A DNA stretch of 61,367 nucleotides, counting the filler, from Fonticula-like sp. SCN 57-25 (taxonomy: Eukaryota): NCBI GenBank assembly GCA_001724245.1. It is 6 parts of 6 records of this genome, joined end to end, with 100 filler letters (N's around TTAATTAATTAA, not from the genome) between each part and the next. Parts side by side here need not be neighbours in the genome. Positions count along the whole stretch, not along the records: positions 32,071 to 41,833 come from MEDX01000250.1; positions 41,934 to 51,610 come from MEDX01000251.1; 4 more parts are not named here. One strand, 5' to 3'. Shown piece after piece: positions 35,092 to 47,630 of the stretch. Each line of letters starts with the position of its first letter. Position 1 is the stretch's first letter. The translations under genes were made by a program, and so were the position numbers. The notes below the pieces were generated by a model. It worked only from the letters and a program-made list of their open reading frames with translations. It was not told the DNA's origin and did not search any database.

Positions 35092-38000
35092 CTACGTCTT
35101 CAAGATTGTGTTCTTTTTCTTTTCGTTTGCCTGCGCGACCTGCAGCGCCATCTTTTCCACGTAGAGCGAGATGATGTGGCACACCTCCTGCCCGTGCGGC
35201 GTGTACCCCCTAATGTTCCTCTGCACCTTTTGCACGAGCCCACCAATCTTGATATTCACGTGGTCCGGTCCGTAGCGCCACGAAGCAACCTCCCTGTACC
35301 CGTACGTGATGAGCGTGACATTTGTCTTGAGGTCGACAAACTTGATCCCCGACGAGCTGACGCAGAGGAGCGCCTCCTGTGGCAGGTTGACGCGGTCACA
35401 CTTGGGCTTGTGCACGCGGAAGAACGACGCGCCAAAGAGCGGCCACGTGGACAGCGTCTCGACGAGCTCGCGCTTGCACTGGTGGGCGGTCTGCTTGCGC
35501 AGGTCGGGCATGCGGCGGTCGATCTGGCGCGCCCACTCGACCATCGTGACCGAGTCGAGGTGCATCGCCAGGATGTATTTCTTGTAAAAGGCCTGCCGCG
35601 TGGCGTCGGTTCCCGCGCAGCGTTTGTCGAGGTCAAAGTCGGTGTTGGACGTGCGCACCATGACGGCGGCAATGTCAAACGCCTCCTCGAGCGTGCAGCG
35701 GTACTCGCCGCGCGTGAGGTGGTTCATCATCTGCCAGAAGACCATGTTGGTCAGCGCCTCGTTCTCGAGGCCGAGCGGCTCGTCGGGCGAAAAGATGACG
35801 CGGCGGAAAGTCAGGTGCGTCTCAAACGCGGTGATGTGCGGCCGCGGCGACGACTGCGTGCGCAGATTCTGGAGAAGCTGCATGCGCGCCTCGTGCTCAA
35901 AGCGGTGGCGCGCAATCACGTCGAGAACATACTCGCGCTCAAACATCATGAGGTCCGATTCGTCCGAGCGAGAGTACACGGCATAGTACTGCGGGTTCTC
36001 AAAGTCCATACGCTTGCAGACAGACTCGACAAAGCTGCCGGCCGTCGTGCCAATCTCAAGCTGGATGGCCTTGCTCGAGCCATCGGCAAAGTGAACCTTG
36101 ACTAGAAGGCGGCCGCGGCGGAATGACGTCACCTCGTCAAGCGAGGGGGCAAGCTTGCGCGCGCCATACTTTTTGACCTGGCGAAGGTGCGACTCGCAGC
36201 GAGCGGCGACGACGGCGTAGTCGGTCGCGCGGGATGACGTCATCGAGTACGTCTGAAGGTGCTTGCGAAGGTACGGGTCAAAGGTGGGCGTGGGGGGGAA
36301 GGTGCTCACGCACATCTCGAGAAGCTGCCAGCCGCGGTCGCACGACTCGCTGGAATAAGCGAAAGCGTTAGAATGAGTAATACGTCGGAAACGTGGCACA
36401 AAACGTCACGTAAATTCGCATAAAATAACACGAAAGACACAAAAACCCATTGCGTACGGGTGCTTTGACTTGTTGGAAGTCGTCTGCTTGATGATCTGGC
36501 AAAAGATCTCGTCGACGAGGGTCGGGCGAGTGACGCCCATCGAGAGGACAAACCGCGCCGACTCTTCCACGGACTCGCCGCGAATCACCGTGTCGCCCAT
36601 GTAGTGCTGGACATCTGCAATGATACATTAGCATAAAGCAAAACACTCATATCAGTTCGTACGCTTGAAAATCTCGATGGCGGTCGCGTTGTCCTCTTCC
36701 TTGAACAGCTTGACGAGCGACGCCTTGATCTGCGACTTGCTGTACTTTACGCGCTTGACGAGCGCGTGCCACGCGGCCGCGTCCGTCTCGGTGGGCGCCA
36801 CGAGCGACGGGTTCGACTGCTTCTTGTCGACACCGCCGCGGAAGAGCCCCGAAAGCGTGTTGCGGCCGAGCGTCGAAAGCGTCTTTCCGCCGAGCGTCCG
36901 CGGCTTTTCCGTCTGCGGGCTCCTAAAGTAGTTCTTTGCATAGTTGACCATGGAGTACTGCTGCGCCATCGGGTCCTTGATCTTTGCCTCGTTGCGCGCA
37001 GCGTCCTGCGCCTGCCTCGTCTGGCGCACCTTTCTCTCGGCCACGGCGCGAGTCATGTTGTCATCCATGCGGCTGCGCTCCTCCTCTTCGTCGTTGATGC
37101 GAAGGCGCGCGACGATCGGCTGCACGAGCTCGGCGAGGAACCATCCCTCGCGGCCCGCCAGGCGGCCCTTCCACCAGCCCGTCTCGGCGTTCTTCTCAAG
37201 TACCTCGATGACGTCATCCTTTTCAAAGTTGAGCATCTCGGGGTCGCCGAGGCCGTCGTGGCGCGCGAGCGCGACGGCGGTGCGCGCCGTGTGCACGAGG
37301 CGCTTGAGGTTCGCCTTGATAATGTCGCTGATGAGGCGCGCGTCGGCCGTGCGGAACGACATCATGCCTTCGACGCCGACCGACTCGAGCACAAACTCGC
37401 CCGCGGCCGTCGGGCCAAAGTGAACAAGGTCATAGTACGTGACACGCTTGTAGAGCGCCGCGGCGTCGCGCAGGTGGATGCCCGTGGCGTCCACGACGAG
37501 CTCGAGGGTGGCGCCGCGCTCGCAATGCAGCTCGTGGTGCGTGTCTTCGGTGGGCGTCACGCGGAAGCGGTCGCCAAACTGCGCCGGCCACGTGCTCGAC
37601 GCGAGCGCGACCTGCTGCAGGTACTGCGACTTTGGCGCCTTGCCCCAGCGCAGCAGCTGCTCGCGCACCTCCGTCTCCCACTCAATCAGGTCGTGCTTTT
37701 CGATCACCGTCTGGGGGAGGTACGACGTCAACAGCGACGAGAGAATGGGCGCGTCGATTGTCGAGCTGTACGCCATCTCAAACTGAGCCGCCGCGAGCAT
37801 GGCCGCGTCGTCGGCAGAGCACTTGAAGTTGCTTAGCTTGCTCGCCGCCAGCAGCGCCTCAAACACAAAGATCAACTCAAACTCGCTCGTAAACTTGTCG
37901 TCCGGCCACATGTACACGCGCTGCAGCTTGAACGCCACCACAGGCGACGCTTCCGCGCCATTCTCGAGCCGCGCCACATGGTCAAGCAGGCGGTCCTCGG

Positions 38001-41000
38001 GGCGCAGCTTTGTCGATGCACCGCTCTTTTGCTGCGCAAACAGCGCATACGCGCGGTGGTTGGTAATGCCCCAGTGGTTGCACGCCGCCGCCACAACCTC
38101 GTAGGTGAAGAGGCGCGCGCACAGCTTGATGGTCACCGCGTGCCCCGCGCCCGCATCGACCGAGATGGCCACCTGCGCGGTGCGTGACTGACGCAGCGAT
38201 TCAAATTCGCGCTGCGACGGCGCCTGTGCACGCACGCCGCCCTCGACAACATCGGCAAGCAGGCCGAGCAGCACTGTCGCCCACGCGGCCGGCGTCGACG
38301 CATTACTAAACTTGCGCGCAAACGGCTCGAGGCCCTTTGACGGAGGGAACGACATGAAGCACAGCGCGAGCAGTTCGCAGCCCGCATCAACGTCCTTGCA
38401 CGCGTCATCGTCGTGCGGCATCAGCTGCTTCATGATCTGGCACAGCACTTCGTCGCGCAGTGTCGCATACGTCAGGGCGATCGTGATGAGCTGGCGCGCC
38501 CACGTGTCGCGCGACTGCTGCGCAAGCGGGCTACCGGCATCGGGAACATAGTCGCCCATGTACGCCATCACGAGCTGCGAGGCGCGCAGCGCCTCATTGC
38601 GCGCGGCCGCCTCCAAGTGCTTGAGGAGAGGCGCGCCGAGCGGCTCGGGCACAAAGAAGCAGTCCGCCTCGTACTGAAAGTGGAAGCGTGCATACTTTTC
38701 AAAGTCGTAGCCGGAGCGCGCGCCGTCCGACGCCTCGGACACGCTGCGGCGGCGAACAGCCGCGGCCGCAGCCGTCTTTTGGATCTGTGCCATCTGCTCC
38801 TCAGAAATGCCGCTCACGATGCCGTCGTCTTCAGCAGGCGCGTCACCCGCATTGTTCAGCATGTTTTCAATGTCCTGCTCGAGGCTAAACGTCAGCGCAT
38901 CCACCTCGGCCCAGTCAACCGAGCGCGAGTCGGGGATCGCAGAAGAACGGCGGCGCGCCGTCGCGCCAGACTGGCGACGGCCCATGGTAAGGGCAGACAT
39001 GCTGCCCTCAACATCAAAGTTGGAGTCGCGGCGGCGGTTGATATCAAACTGCGAATCGCGGCGACGGTTGATATCAAACTGAGAATCGCGGCGGCGGGAG
39101 GGGTCAAACATAGATTCGCGGCGGCGGTTAAGGTCAAACTGCGACCCGCGGCGCTCGCGGAGCTCGCCCGAGCGGTCGCCCACAAAGATGGACTGGCGGC
39201 GGTTCTGGATGACCTGGCCGACAACAGCCGCGGCGGTCTTTCCGGCGCGGTCGGCGTTGAAATTGCCGCCGCCCTGACGAGCCTGCATCTGAATAAGGCG
39301 GCGAAGAATCGCAGCATTCTCCTTGACAGCGCGGTAGCGCGACCGCAGCAAGTAGCCTCGAATCACTACGAATACGTTAGTGATAAAGTACAAAGAAAAA
39401 AAAAGGCGCACTTTTCTGGGCAAAAACGATCATTTTGAGCTGGCGGCGCGCCTCCTTGCGACCGAGATGACCGCGGTAGCCTAAAAAATGTCTGTCAGCA
39501 ACACACGCATAAGGACAATAAACGTACAGCTCTGGATGGTGATTGCGGCGTTCCGCATATTCTGGTAGCGCTTCTGCGCAAGGCACCTCCTAAACGTCTT
39601 TTGCAGCGTCACGGCGTAGCGCTGCAGCGCCTTTTCGCGGAGCACCTGAAGCGCCCCGCTGACGCCCGCCTTCATAAACACCTTTGTCAGACCAATGCGC
39701 GTCTGCTCGCGCGATGCCGCATCGAGGCATCCAATAATGAGCTCGCACGCGCGGCGCGGGTCGGTCCGCGCGATCGCCCCCGCGTCCTTGTGCAGCACGG
39801 CAAACTCTGCGGCAACGTCCTTTTGGAGGCGGCGGACGGGGAAGCCCGCCTTGCGGATGCGCACCGTCTCGAGCATGCCGCAGTAGCGCAGCTGCGCGGC
39901 GACGAGTGGGGCGTCAAATTCGTTCGGCCGCTGGGTCGTGTTGGGCTTGATGCAGCGAACAAAGAACGACTGGCAGGCGTTGAGCGTCGCCATGAGGCTC
40001 GTGAGGGAGTCATTGAAGCGCGAGCCCATCGTGGCGGCGCGCTGCGGCCCGCGCGGGGAAGCGGCGGCGGGCGTCGACGGGCTGGCGGCAACATCGGCAC
40101 CGCGCGCGCCCTGCAGCACTCCCTTAAAGTACGCCGACGTCGTCAGGAGGCAGACCGCCTGCAGGTCGTCGCGCAGGTGGTCGCTGTTCTTTTCGAGAAA
40201 GTTGTCGATCTGGTAGACGACCGTGCCCGCGTAGTGCACGACGCCAAACGACGTCTTGGAGAGCTTGGGGCGCACAAAGCACTCGTGCTTGCCGTGGTTC
40301 ATGAGCAGCTTTTCCATGAGCGAGGCGTCCGTCGCCTTCGGGAACGAGCACTCTTCATCAATGAGGTGCAGCAGGCCAAGCGGGCGCTTTGAAATAAAGT
40401 CGAGGCACACTTGGTTGTCCACAAAGCCAACCGTCGTCCATGACACCTTTTCGCTCTCGTACTCATCCTGCTCAAGCTTGAAAATGTGCAGATTGAAAAA
40501 CTGCTGAAGACGCTCATTCGCATAGTTGATGCAAAACTGCTCCAGCGAGTTGACGGCAAAGTCCTCAAAGCCAAAGATGTCAAGCACGCCGATAAACTTG
40601 TTTGACTTGTCGTCATGCTCCGCCGCCGACATGCGCGCATTGATGCGGCCCACGAGGCTGGCGAACAAGAGGCCGTACACCCACTTGGCGAGCGCCTCGC
40701 GCGACTCGCACGCGCGTGCGGGGAGCAGCGGCTGCACAATCTTTTCACCGCGCGTCACTGAGGAGCGGTGTAGCAGGGCAAAGCAGAGCTTGTCGGCTGG
40801 CACGCCCAACAGGGACGCGGCGGTCTTGGCGGCGTCCATCGTGCGAATCACGCCGCACTCTTCGCCATCCTTGCTCTCAATCACAATGTTGCCAATGTGA
40901 AGAACGGCAGAAAGGAGACGGAAAATCTCAAGCTGGTCCTCCTCGCTGATATCAAGCGCTTCCATCGCGTTCTGAAACATGTTTAGCGAGAGAGAGAACA

Positions 41001-41833
41001 AATATCAAACATGTCGCACAGTAACGCGATCAAATTCATCCTCCTCGTCGACGTCGGGAATCGACTCGCAGCCGCTCGTGTTCACATAGCGGTAGTCCTT
41101 GACGCTCTTCAGGTTCAGTTTCGCTAAACAAAAAGAGGTGAGCGGCAAGCGACCGAGGACGGTTTGCGTACCCTTGAGAGCAGCGGGGGCGCCATTTAAA
41201 AGGTTGTAAAAGATGTGGTAGTTGCGCTCGTTGGTCGCCTGGGATACGACGCGCGACTTTTCCAGCAGGTCTGCGGCGACATTGCGTCAGCAAACAATAC
41301 AAAACATCGATCGTCGTACAGTCCTGGACACGGGCGCCCTCAATGCTGCCGTCGGTCGCAAACTGAATCTCTGTAAATTTGCCCTATTGCAGAAAGCGTA
41401 CAACCATAAGCAAAAATAAGCAAAAAATAGTGTCACGTACAAAGCGACTCGAGTTGTTGTTGCGCATTGTCTTTGCGTTTCCGAAGGCTTCGAGCACGGG
41501 GCTCGATTCGAGGAGCTGCTCCTCGATCTGCGAGTGGCGGCCCGACAAGTGCGTTAGGTACGAAAGGATAAGCTTGGTCGACTCTGTCTTGCCGGCGCCG
41601 CTCTCGCCGCTGATCACCACGCACTGATCCCGGCGATCTTGCATGAGCGCGCGGTACGTCTCGTTGGCCACTGCAAAGACGTGCGGTGGGAGATCGCCGA
41701 GGCGGACATTGCGATACTGCTGCACGATTGCAGGGGAGTAGAGCGGCAGCATCTTGCACGGGTTCACGGCAATGAGGATCGTCCCGGTGTACGTCTAGGG
41801 GGGCACAGTGGTTAGACGATGCCCGTGCAAAGT
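35092..41833 (-). CDS. MyTH4-FERM myosin (motor, IQ, MyTH4-FERM-SH3-MyTH4-FERM; class VII/XXII-like), 5'-truncated
   Basis: [39 protein letters not shown], two MyTH4 motifs ([24 protein letters not shown]), SH3 GWWKG, FERM LFGASFF. Confidence 0.93.
39011..39160 (-). repeat. 30-bp coding tandem repeat ([10 protein letters not shown]-type, about 5 copies)
   Basis: [50 protein letters not shown]. Confidence 0.9.
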
Positions 41834-41933
41834 NNNNNNNNNNNNNNNNNNNNNNNNNNNNNNNNNNNNNNNNNNNNTTAATTAATTAANNNNNNNNNNN
41901 NNNNNNNNNNNNNNNNNNNNNNNNNNNNNNNNN
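41834..41933. other. Artificial contig linker
   Basis: N44-TTAATTAATTAA-N44. Confidence 0.98.
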
Positions 41934-42119
41934 GTCCTGGATGATCTTGAGTCGCCGGGGCCAGTCGGTATCGGTGACGTGGACATCCTTGCGGTCAGGC
42001 TCCACATTGAGCGCCTTCCAGTGTTGCTGCAGCACAAGGAGCGGAGACTGGGTGGACGTCGCGCTCTTCACAGGCGACGAGCTGATTAGCCGGTTGCCTA
42101 GCTTTTTGAGCGCCTGCAT
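41934..42119 (-). CDS. N-terminus of FHIP2/FAM160B-like protein, truncated
   Basis: QHWKALNV...VTDTDWPRRLKIIQD resembles FHIP2 YHWKAIT...VTDTNIPSHLEQMLD. Confidence 0.55.
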
Positions 42120-42417
42120 CTGTGTTGGTCCCCAAGGCTGACTGCTGCCCCTCCAGTGAACTTATGGTTGAGCCAATCATCATCTTGCATTTTGCGTTGT
42201 TTTGAAAAGCGGCACGATTGGATCATTGGAAATTCCCATTGACTAATAAGAGCTGATTGGTCGGAAATCTTGCCGTTCTTGAAAGGACGTGAGCTTGCTC
42301 TTCGTCCGATTTCAACCGTTGCGTGAGACGCCTTTCGTCGGCAGCTTTTTTGGGCGCGAACCGTCTCTGGCGTGTAATTGACAGGAGTCGCATTCGGCTT
42401 TGAAAAATTTGGCGGCC

Positions 42418-43901
42418 ATGAATTATACGCACGACGACGACCACCAGGGTGGCTCTGCCCCCATTCAGTCGTCCGTGCTTCCGCACCACCAGCATCCTCA
42501 CGCCCACCACCAGGTGCACCACCTGCATCACCATGAGGAGGTGGACGACGGTCGGGATGACCTGGAGGACATGGAGGACGACCTCGACGGCGACCACGGT
42601 GACATGGGGCAGTCGCACATGGGGCACGACATGGACGGCCAGATGGGCGACGAGGATGAGGATGGTACGAGCGAATGCTACCCACCGATCGGACCCGATG
42701 CTGACATTGTGCGCGATCGTAGGGATGCGTCGCCCTCGCAAGGCGACCACCAAGCGCCGCACCAAGTCTGCCCAGCAGCTCATGATGCTCATGAGTCATT
42801 TCCACCGCGATCCCAAGCCGAAGAAGGTTGCTATCAAGGCGCTGGTGCTGTCGACGGGTCTCACGTACCCCGAGATCTGCCGCTGGTTCCGCAATCAGCG
42901 TCTGCGGAGCAAGCAGGCGCCGCACATGCCGCAGCAGAATGCCATGCAGGTTCCCAACCACAGCGTTATGAGCCAGCTGGGCATGTCCCAGGGAATGCTT
43001 CCGGAGGACTGTGCGTTGCCCTTTTCGTACGTTTCTTGTCCTCACACCTGTTTTCGCTGTAGTGCACAAGGTGTCGAACGTGCAGCAGATCGCCGGGCTC
43101 ATGCTCCCGATCGGGCTTCCCGTGGGCGATATTCCCCAGGTTGTGAATGACCACAACCGAGGGCTTATGGCGCTTGCAGGAAGTCAGGGTGGCATGGTTG
43201 TCGACGGCAAGGAGGACAAGGTGTGGCGCGCGTCGTCAAAGTTCCGGAGGACGCGCGACACGTTCCTCAATATTTTCAGCGACTTCCCCAAGGGCTCTGC
43301 CGAGCGCGAGCAGCTGATCAAGGACCTTGTTCGCATCATGGGCCGCGCCGACCGCGACGTCATGCAGACGCACATGCGCCCGCGCGGCCCGTACCGCGGG
43401 TCCGCTGATCCCGCGCTCAAGATGACCACCAAGCAGGAGCGCGCAAAGGAGGTCTGGGTGGATATGGAGCGCAGGTTTGGCGCGCACGGCCGCATGGACG
43501 ACGACGAGAACCCGAGCCCCGTGGTGACGCAGGCCAACGGGCTGGACGCAAACATGATCGAGGGCCTCAAGGTGCTCTTCAAGCCGCACCGCGACTACCT
43601 CTTTGCTGTCGCGCGCGAGCTCGAGGTTACGGACATGCTCAAGCCCGAGGTCGAGACAGAGTTGAAGAAGAAGTTTGCCGTCAAGCAGCAGAGGCGCCAG
43701 GAGCTCGAGCGCCAGAAGCGCGACAAGCGCAAGATCGCCCCGGTGTCATCCACCTCCCTTCTCAAGAGCCCCGTGAAGCGCGTGCGCACCGAGCTCACCC
43801 CGCCGCCTTCGTCGTCGATATCGCGCGGCCAAATCCCCCCGATGCCGACGAGTTACCTTCAGCACGACCCGCATGGTGTGCCGTACGGGGCCGAGTATTA
43901 G
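42418..43901 (+). CDS. Homeodomain transcription factor (3 exons)
   Basis: KRRTKSAQQLMMLMSHFHRDPKP...TGLTYPEICRWFRNQR; His/Asp-rich exon 1. Confidence 0.8.
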
Positions 43902-44153
43902 AGTATTCGCGCGAGTTTCGAGTTGTTCCATTTTTGCTGTAGGTGCCGCGTCACACTTTTCGTTTTGGCTCTTTATGCTTTTCTGTTTTTCTGTCGGTTT
44001 CTCTGTTCGTTCCATTCGAGCATAGCAGTTGAACGAGCCGTTGGCTTTCGTTGATAGTTGTACTATATCATATACACCTTTTCATGTTGTCAATACAATA
44101 GTAGCTTCATTGAATTATTTACACCGTCAGAATTCTACATTCACGCAAATAGA

Positions 44154-44609
44154 TTAGTAGAGCTCTGGCTGGCGCATGACCACTTTGTCCTCGTTGCGCG
44201 CAATCGCCGAAATCCGCTCAAAGACCTTGGATGTCCTGTACACGTCGGGGACCGGCCGCACTCCGGTGGCCCAGTAGTAAATGTCCCAGTCGTTCTCTCC
44301 CAGCAAGTCGTCATACAGCTTCAATTCGTCGCCCGACATCTCCGAGAGATACTTTTGCGCAAACTTGCTAAGGATCAAATCGTTCTCGACAATGCCACGC
44401 TTGCGGCTCTGGTAGAGCAGGCGCTTGGCCTTGACATCGTCGGGCTCGGCTTCGCGCGCAGCTGGCCGCTCAAAAGAAAAGTCTGGAAGCGGCGCCTGGT
44501 CGTCCCACGAGCCGCTCGCTGCACCTGCAGAGAAAGCACGGCGCGATGCAGCCAGCCGCGAGGCCGGCTGCAGTGTGCGGACCACCTGCGCACTCACCCG
44601 CGCCAGCAT
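44154..44609 (-). CDS. SDHAF2: Succinate dehydrogenase assembly factor 2
   Basis: KRLLYQSRKRGIVENDLILSKF...ENDWDIYYWATG; mitochondrial presequence. Confidence 0.95.
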   Translation of the reverse strand: MLARVSAQVVRTLQPASRLAASRRAFSAGAASGSWDDQAPLPDFSFERPAAREAEPDDVKAKRLLYQSRKRGIVENDLILSKFAQKYLSEMSGDELKLYDDLLGENDWDIYYWATGVRPVPDVYRTSKVFERISAIARNEDKVVMRQPELY

Positions 44610-44680
44610 CTCCGATGTCACCGAGACGAGTTTGCAGTTTGCAGTCAAACGATCCCGATCTTTGGATCCGGATTCGATCT

Positions 44681-44695
44681 TTTCCAGAACTTTCG
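44681..44695. promoter_or_regulatory. Heat-shock element (nTTCnnGAAnnTTCn)
   Basis: tTTCcaGAActTTCg, about 310 bp upstream of the Hsp110 ATG. Confidence 0.55.
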
Positions 44696-45002
44696 TTGGG
44701 GCCGCGTGCGCACAAAAAATAATCCCCTTTTTGTATGAGCGAGGGAGAACACACTTGGTGGAACTTCATCACCCGGGCACCTAAAGCAACTGCGACATCC
44801 ATCGCCGCTGCTGGAGCATACATTAGAGACTCGCTTCTTGGCAGTTCGACACAGGAGACTTATTCGAGCCCCGTTCAACGTTCCGTTGGTCCGCTTTTAG
44901 AGTCGATCGGATCTGTACGTTGTTTATTGCAGCATCTGCCACGCGTCACCGTCACCTCGCTGGTTACTCACACACGGCTCGTTCCACTGTTAGGAAACCA
45001 AC

Positions 45003-47376
45003 ATGGCTGTGGTCGGATTGGATCTTGGCAGCTTCAAGTCTGTCATTGCGGCTGCCCGCAACCGCGGTATCGACATTTTGACGAATGAAGTGTCGAACCG
45101 CTTCACTCCGTCGGTCGTCGGTTTTCTCGGCAACCGCCGCCTCCTCGGCGAGGCCGCCAAGACGCAGGTACGTGACATCCCCGTATGCTTGCTTGATTTT
45201 TTCAATCTGACACGCCTTATTTTAGGAAATCATGAACGCGCGCAACACTGTCGCCAACGTGAAGCACCTGCTCGGCCGCGACTTCACTGAGCCTGGTGTT
45301 CAGAACACCGAGCGTCACTTTGTTACCTGCGAGCTCACCGCCGCCGAGGACGGTGGTGTTGCCGCTGTGGTGGATTATTCCGAGGAGAAGGCGACGTTCT
45401 CGATGATCCAGCTGCAGGCCATGTACCTGCACCAGCTCAAGAAGACCGCCGAGAATGAGCTGCCCAACCCTGTGCACGATGTGGTCATCTCGGTTCCCGC
45501 CTACTACACCGACCGCCAGCGCGCCGCTCTTCTCAGCGCGGCCCAGATTGCTGGTCTCAACCCGCTCCGCCTTATGAACGACAGCGCTGCTGCCGCGCTC
45601 CAGTACGGCATCACCCGCGCCCCTGAGCTCCCCGAGAAGGACCCGCGCCACGTCGTCTTCATTGACGTTGGCTACAGCGCCATCACCGTGTCGGTGACCG
45701 CCTTCACCAAGGAGAGCGCCATCGTCAAGGCCACCTCGTGGGACCGCTCGGTTGGCGGCCGCGTGCTGGACAATGTGCTCGTCGACCACTTTGCCGCCGA
45801 GATCATGAAGAAGCACAAGGTGGACGTCAAGACCATGCCCAAGGCGCTCCTGCGCCTCCAGGTCGCCTGCGAGCGCGCCAAGAAGCTCCTGAGCGCCAAC
45901 ACCCTCGCGCCGCTCAATGTTGAGAACCTCACCGACTCGATCGACGTCAACTCGTCCATCACCCGCGAGGATCTTGAGAAGTACATCGAGGGCCCCCTGA
46001 GCCGCATCATCCCCACGATCCAGCGCGCTCTTGAGATCGCTGGCATCACCAAGGAGCAGGTTGATTTCGTCGAGCTCTGCGGCGGCACCGTTCGCGTGCC
46101 CTCTGTCAAGGCCAACATCCAGAACTTCTTTGCCGACCTCGGCCGCGAAGTCATCTCGACGACGCTCAACTTTGACGAGGCCGTTGCTCGCGGCTGCGCC
46201 TTCCAGTGCGCCATGATCAGCCCGCTCTTCAAGGTGCGCGACTACTCGATCAAGGACAACGTCTCGTTCGACATCAACCTGTCGTGGAAGAACGCCGGCG
46301 ATGCCGAGGCTCGCTGCGAGCGCCTCTTCAAGGTCGCCGAGCCCATGCCGTCGACCAAGCAGCTCAGCGTGGCTGCCAACGAGCCCTTTGAGCTCGAGGC
46401 CACCTACGCCGACCTCTCGCAGGTGCCCGAGGGTACCCGCCCGTCGATCGCCCGCTTTGTAGTCCAGGCCAAGCCCAACAAGGACAACGAGAACTCGGAC
46501 GTCAAGGTCCGCCTCCGCGTCAACCCGAGCGGCATCCTCACCCTCGAGTCGGCCCAAGCCGTCGAGGAGGTGGAGGAGCCCGCCGGCTCCACCCCGGCCG
46601 CCGCCGCCGCGCCCGCTGAGGGCGAGCAGCCCAAGAAGCGCAAGGTTCGCAAGACCGACCTGACCACCCAGGCGCTCTCCCTTACCCTCAACGAGAAGGC
46701 GCTCCTCGAGTTGACGGACCGCGAGATGCAGATGGCTGCCAACGACAAGCTCATCTCGGACACCCTTGAGAGCAAGAACAAGGTCGAGGAGTTTGTGTAC
46801 GAGACGCGCGACAAGCTCGAGACGAGCCATGCCGAGTTTATGGCCGAGGATGAGCGGACAGCCTTTTTGAAGGAGCTCCGCGACACCGAGGACTGGCTCT
46901 ACGGCGATGGCGAGAATTCCACCAAGGGCGTCTACGTCGAAAAGTACGCTGCTCTTTTGCAGAAGTTCAACCCGGTCCGCGAGCGCTACATCGAGGCGGA
47001 GAACCGCCCGGCTGCCGTCGCGGCCTTCAACGCCTCCGTCACCGAGTGGATCACGGCCGCCAGCAATGCCGAGGAGCACATTACCGCCGAGGAGCGCCAG
47101 AAGGTCATCGATGAGGCCAACAAGAAGCTCGCCTGGCTCAACGGCATGCTCGCCAAGCAGAACGCGCAGCCCAAGACGGCCCCCGTCGCCGTCAACGCCG
47201 CGCACATCAATGCCGAGGCCGGCCTGCTCGCGCACTTTGCCCGCGGCATCCTCAACAAGCCCAAGCCCAAGGTTGAGCCCCCGAAGGCCGAGACCCCCGC
47301 CGCCGAGTCGCCAAAGACCGACGCCGACGCCATGGACGTCGACAGCACTGCCCCCAGCGCCGAGGACCTTGATTAA
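45003..47376 (+). CDS. Hsp110/Sse1-family chaperone
   Basis: VVGLDLG...[56 protein letters not shown]. Confidence 0.95.
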
Positions 47377-47630
47377 GCCGGTAAACTATGAAAAGGAATA
47401 GTATTTCAAGAGAGGGCGAGCCGTTGTCGGCTCCGCACTAATTTGGCGTTGCGTTTTTCTTTTGTGTCGTCACCCTTATTAGAAAATGAATATTATTTTG
47501 TCGTACCTGCTTGCCTTTTCCAGAACAAACAGAAATTACACAATGAAAGAGTAAAAAATGTACAGCATCCATCCACATATGGTATAATCATGATAATGCA
47601 AAGGGGAAATTGCGTCTTGATTGCTTGCCT

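Noticed and set aside
45217-47235. 672-aa antisense ORF over Hsp110
   Set aside because: Shadow ORF from strong codon bias, well known for Hsp70-family genes. The same applies to many GC-rich antisense ORFs in the track.
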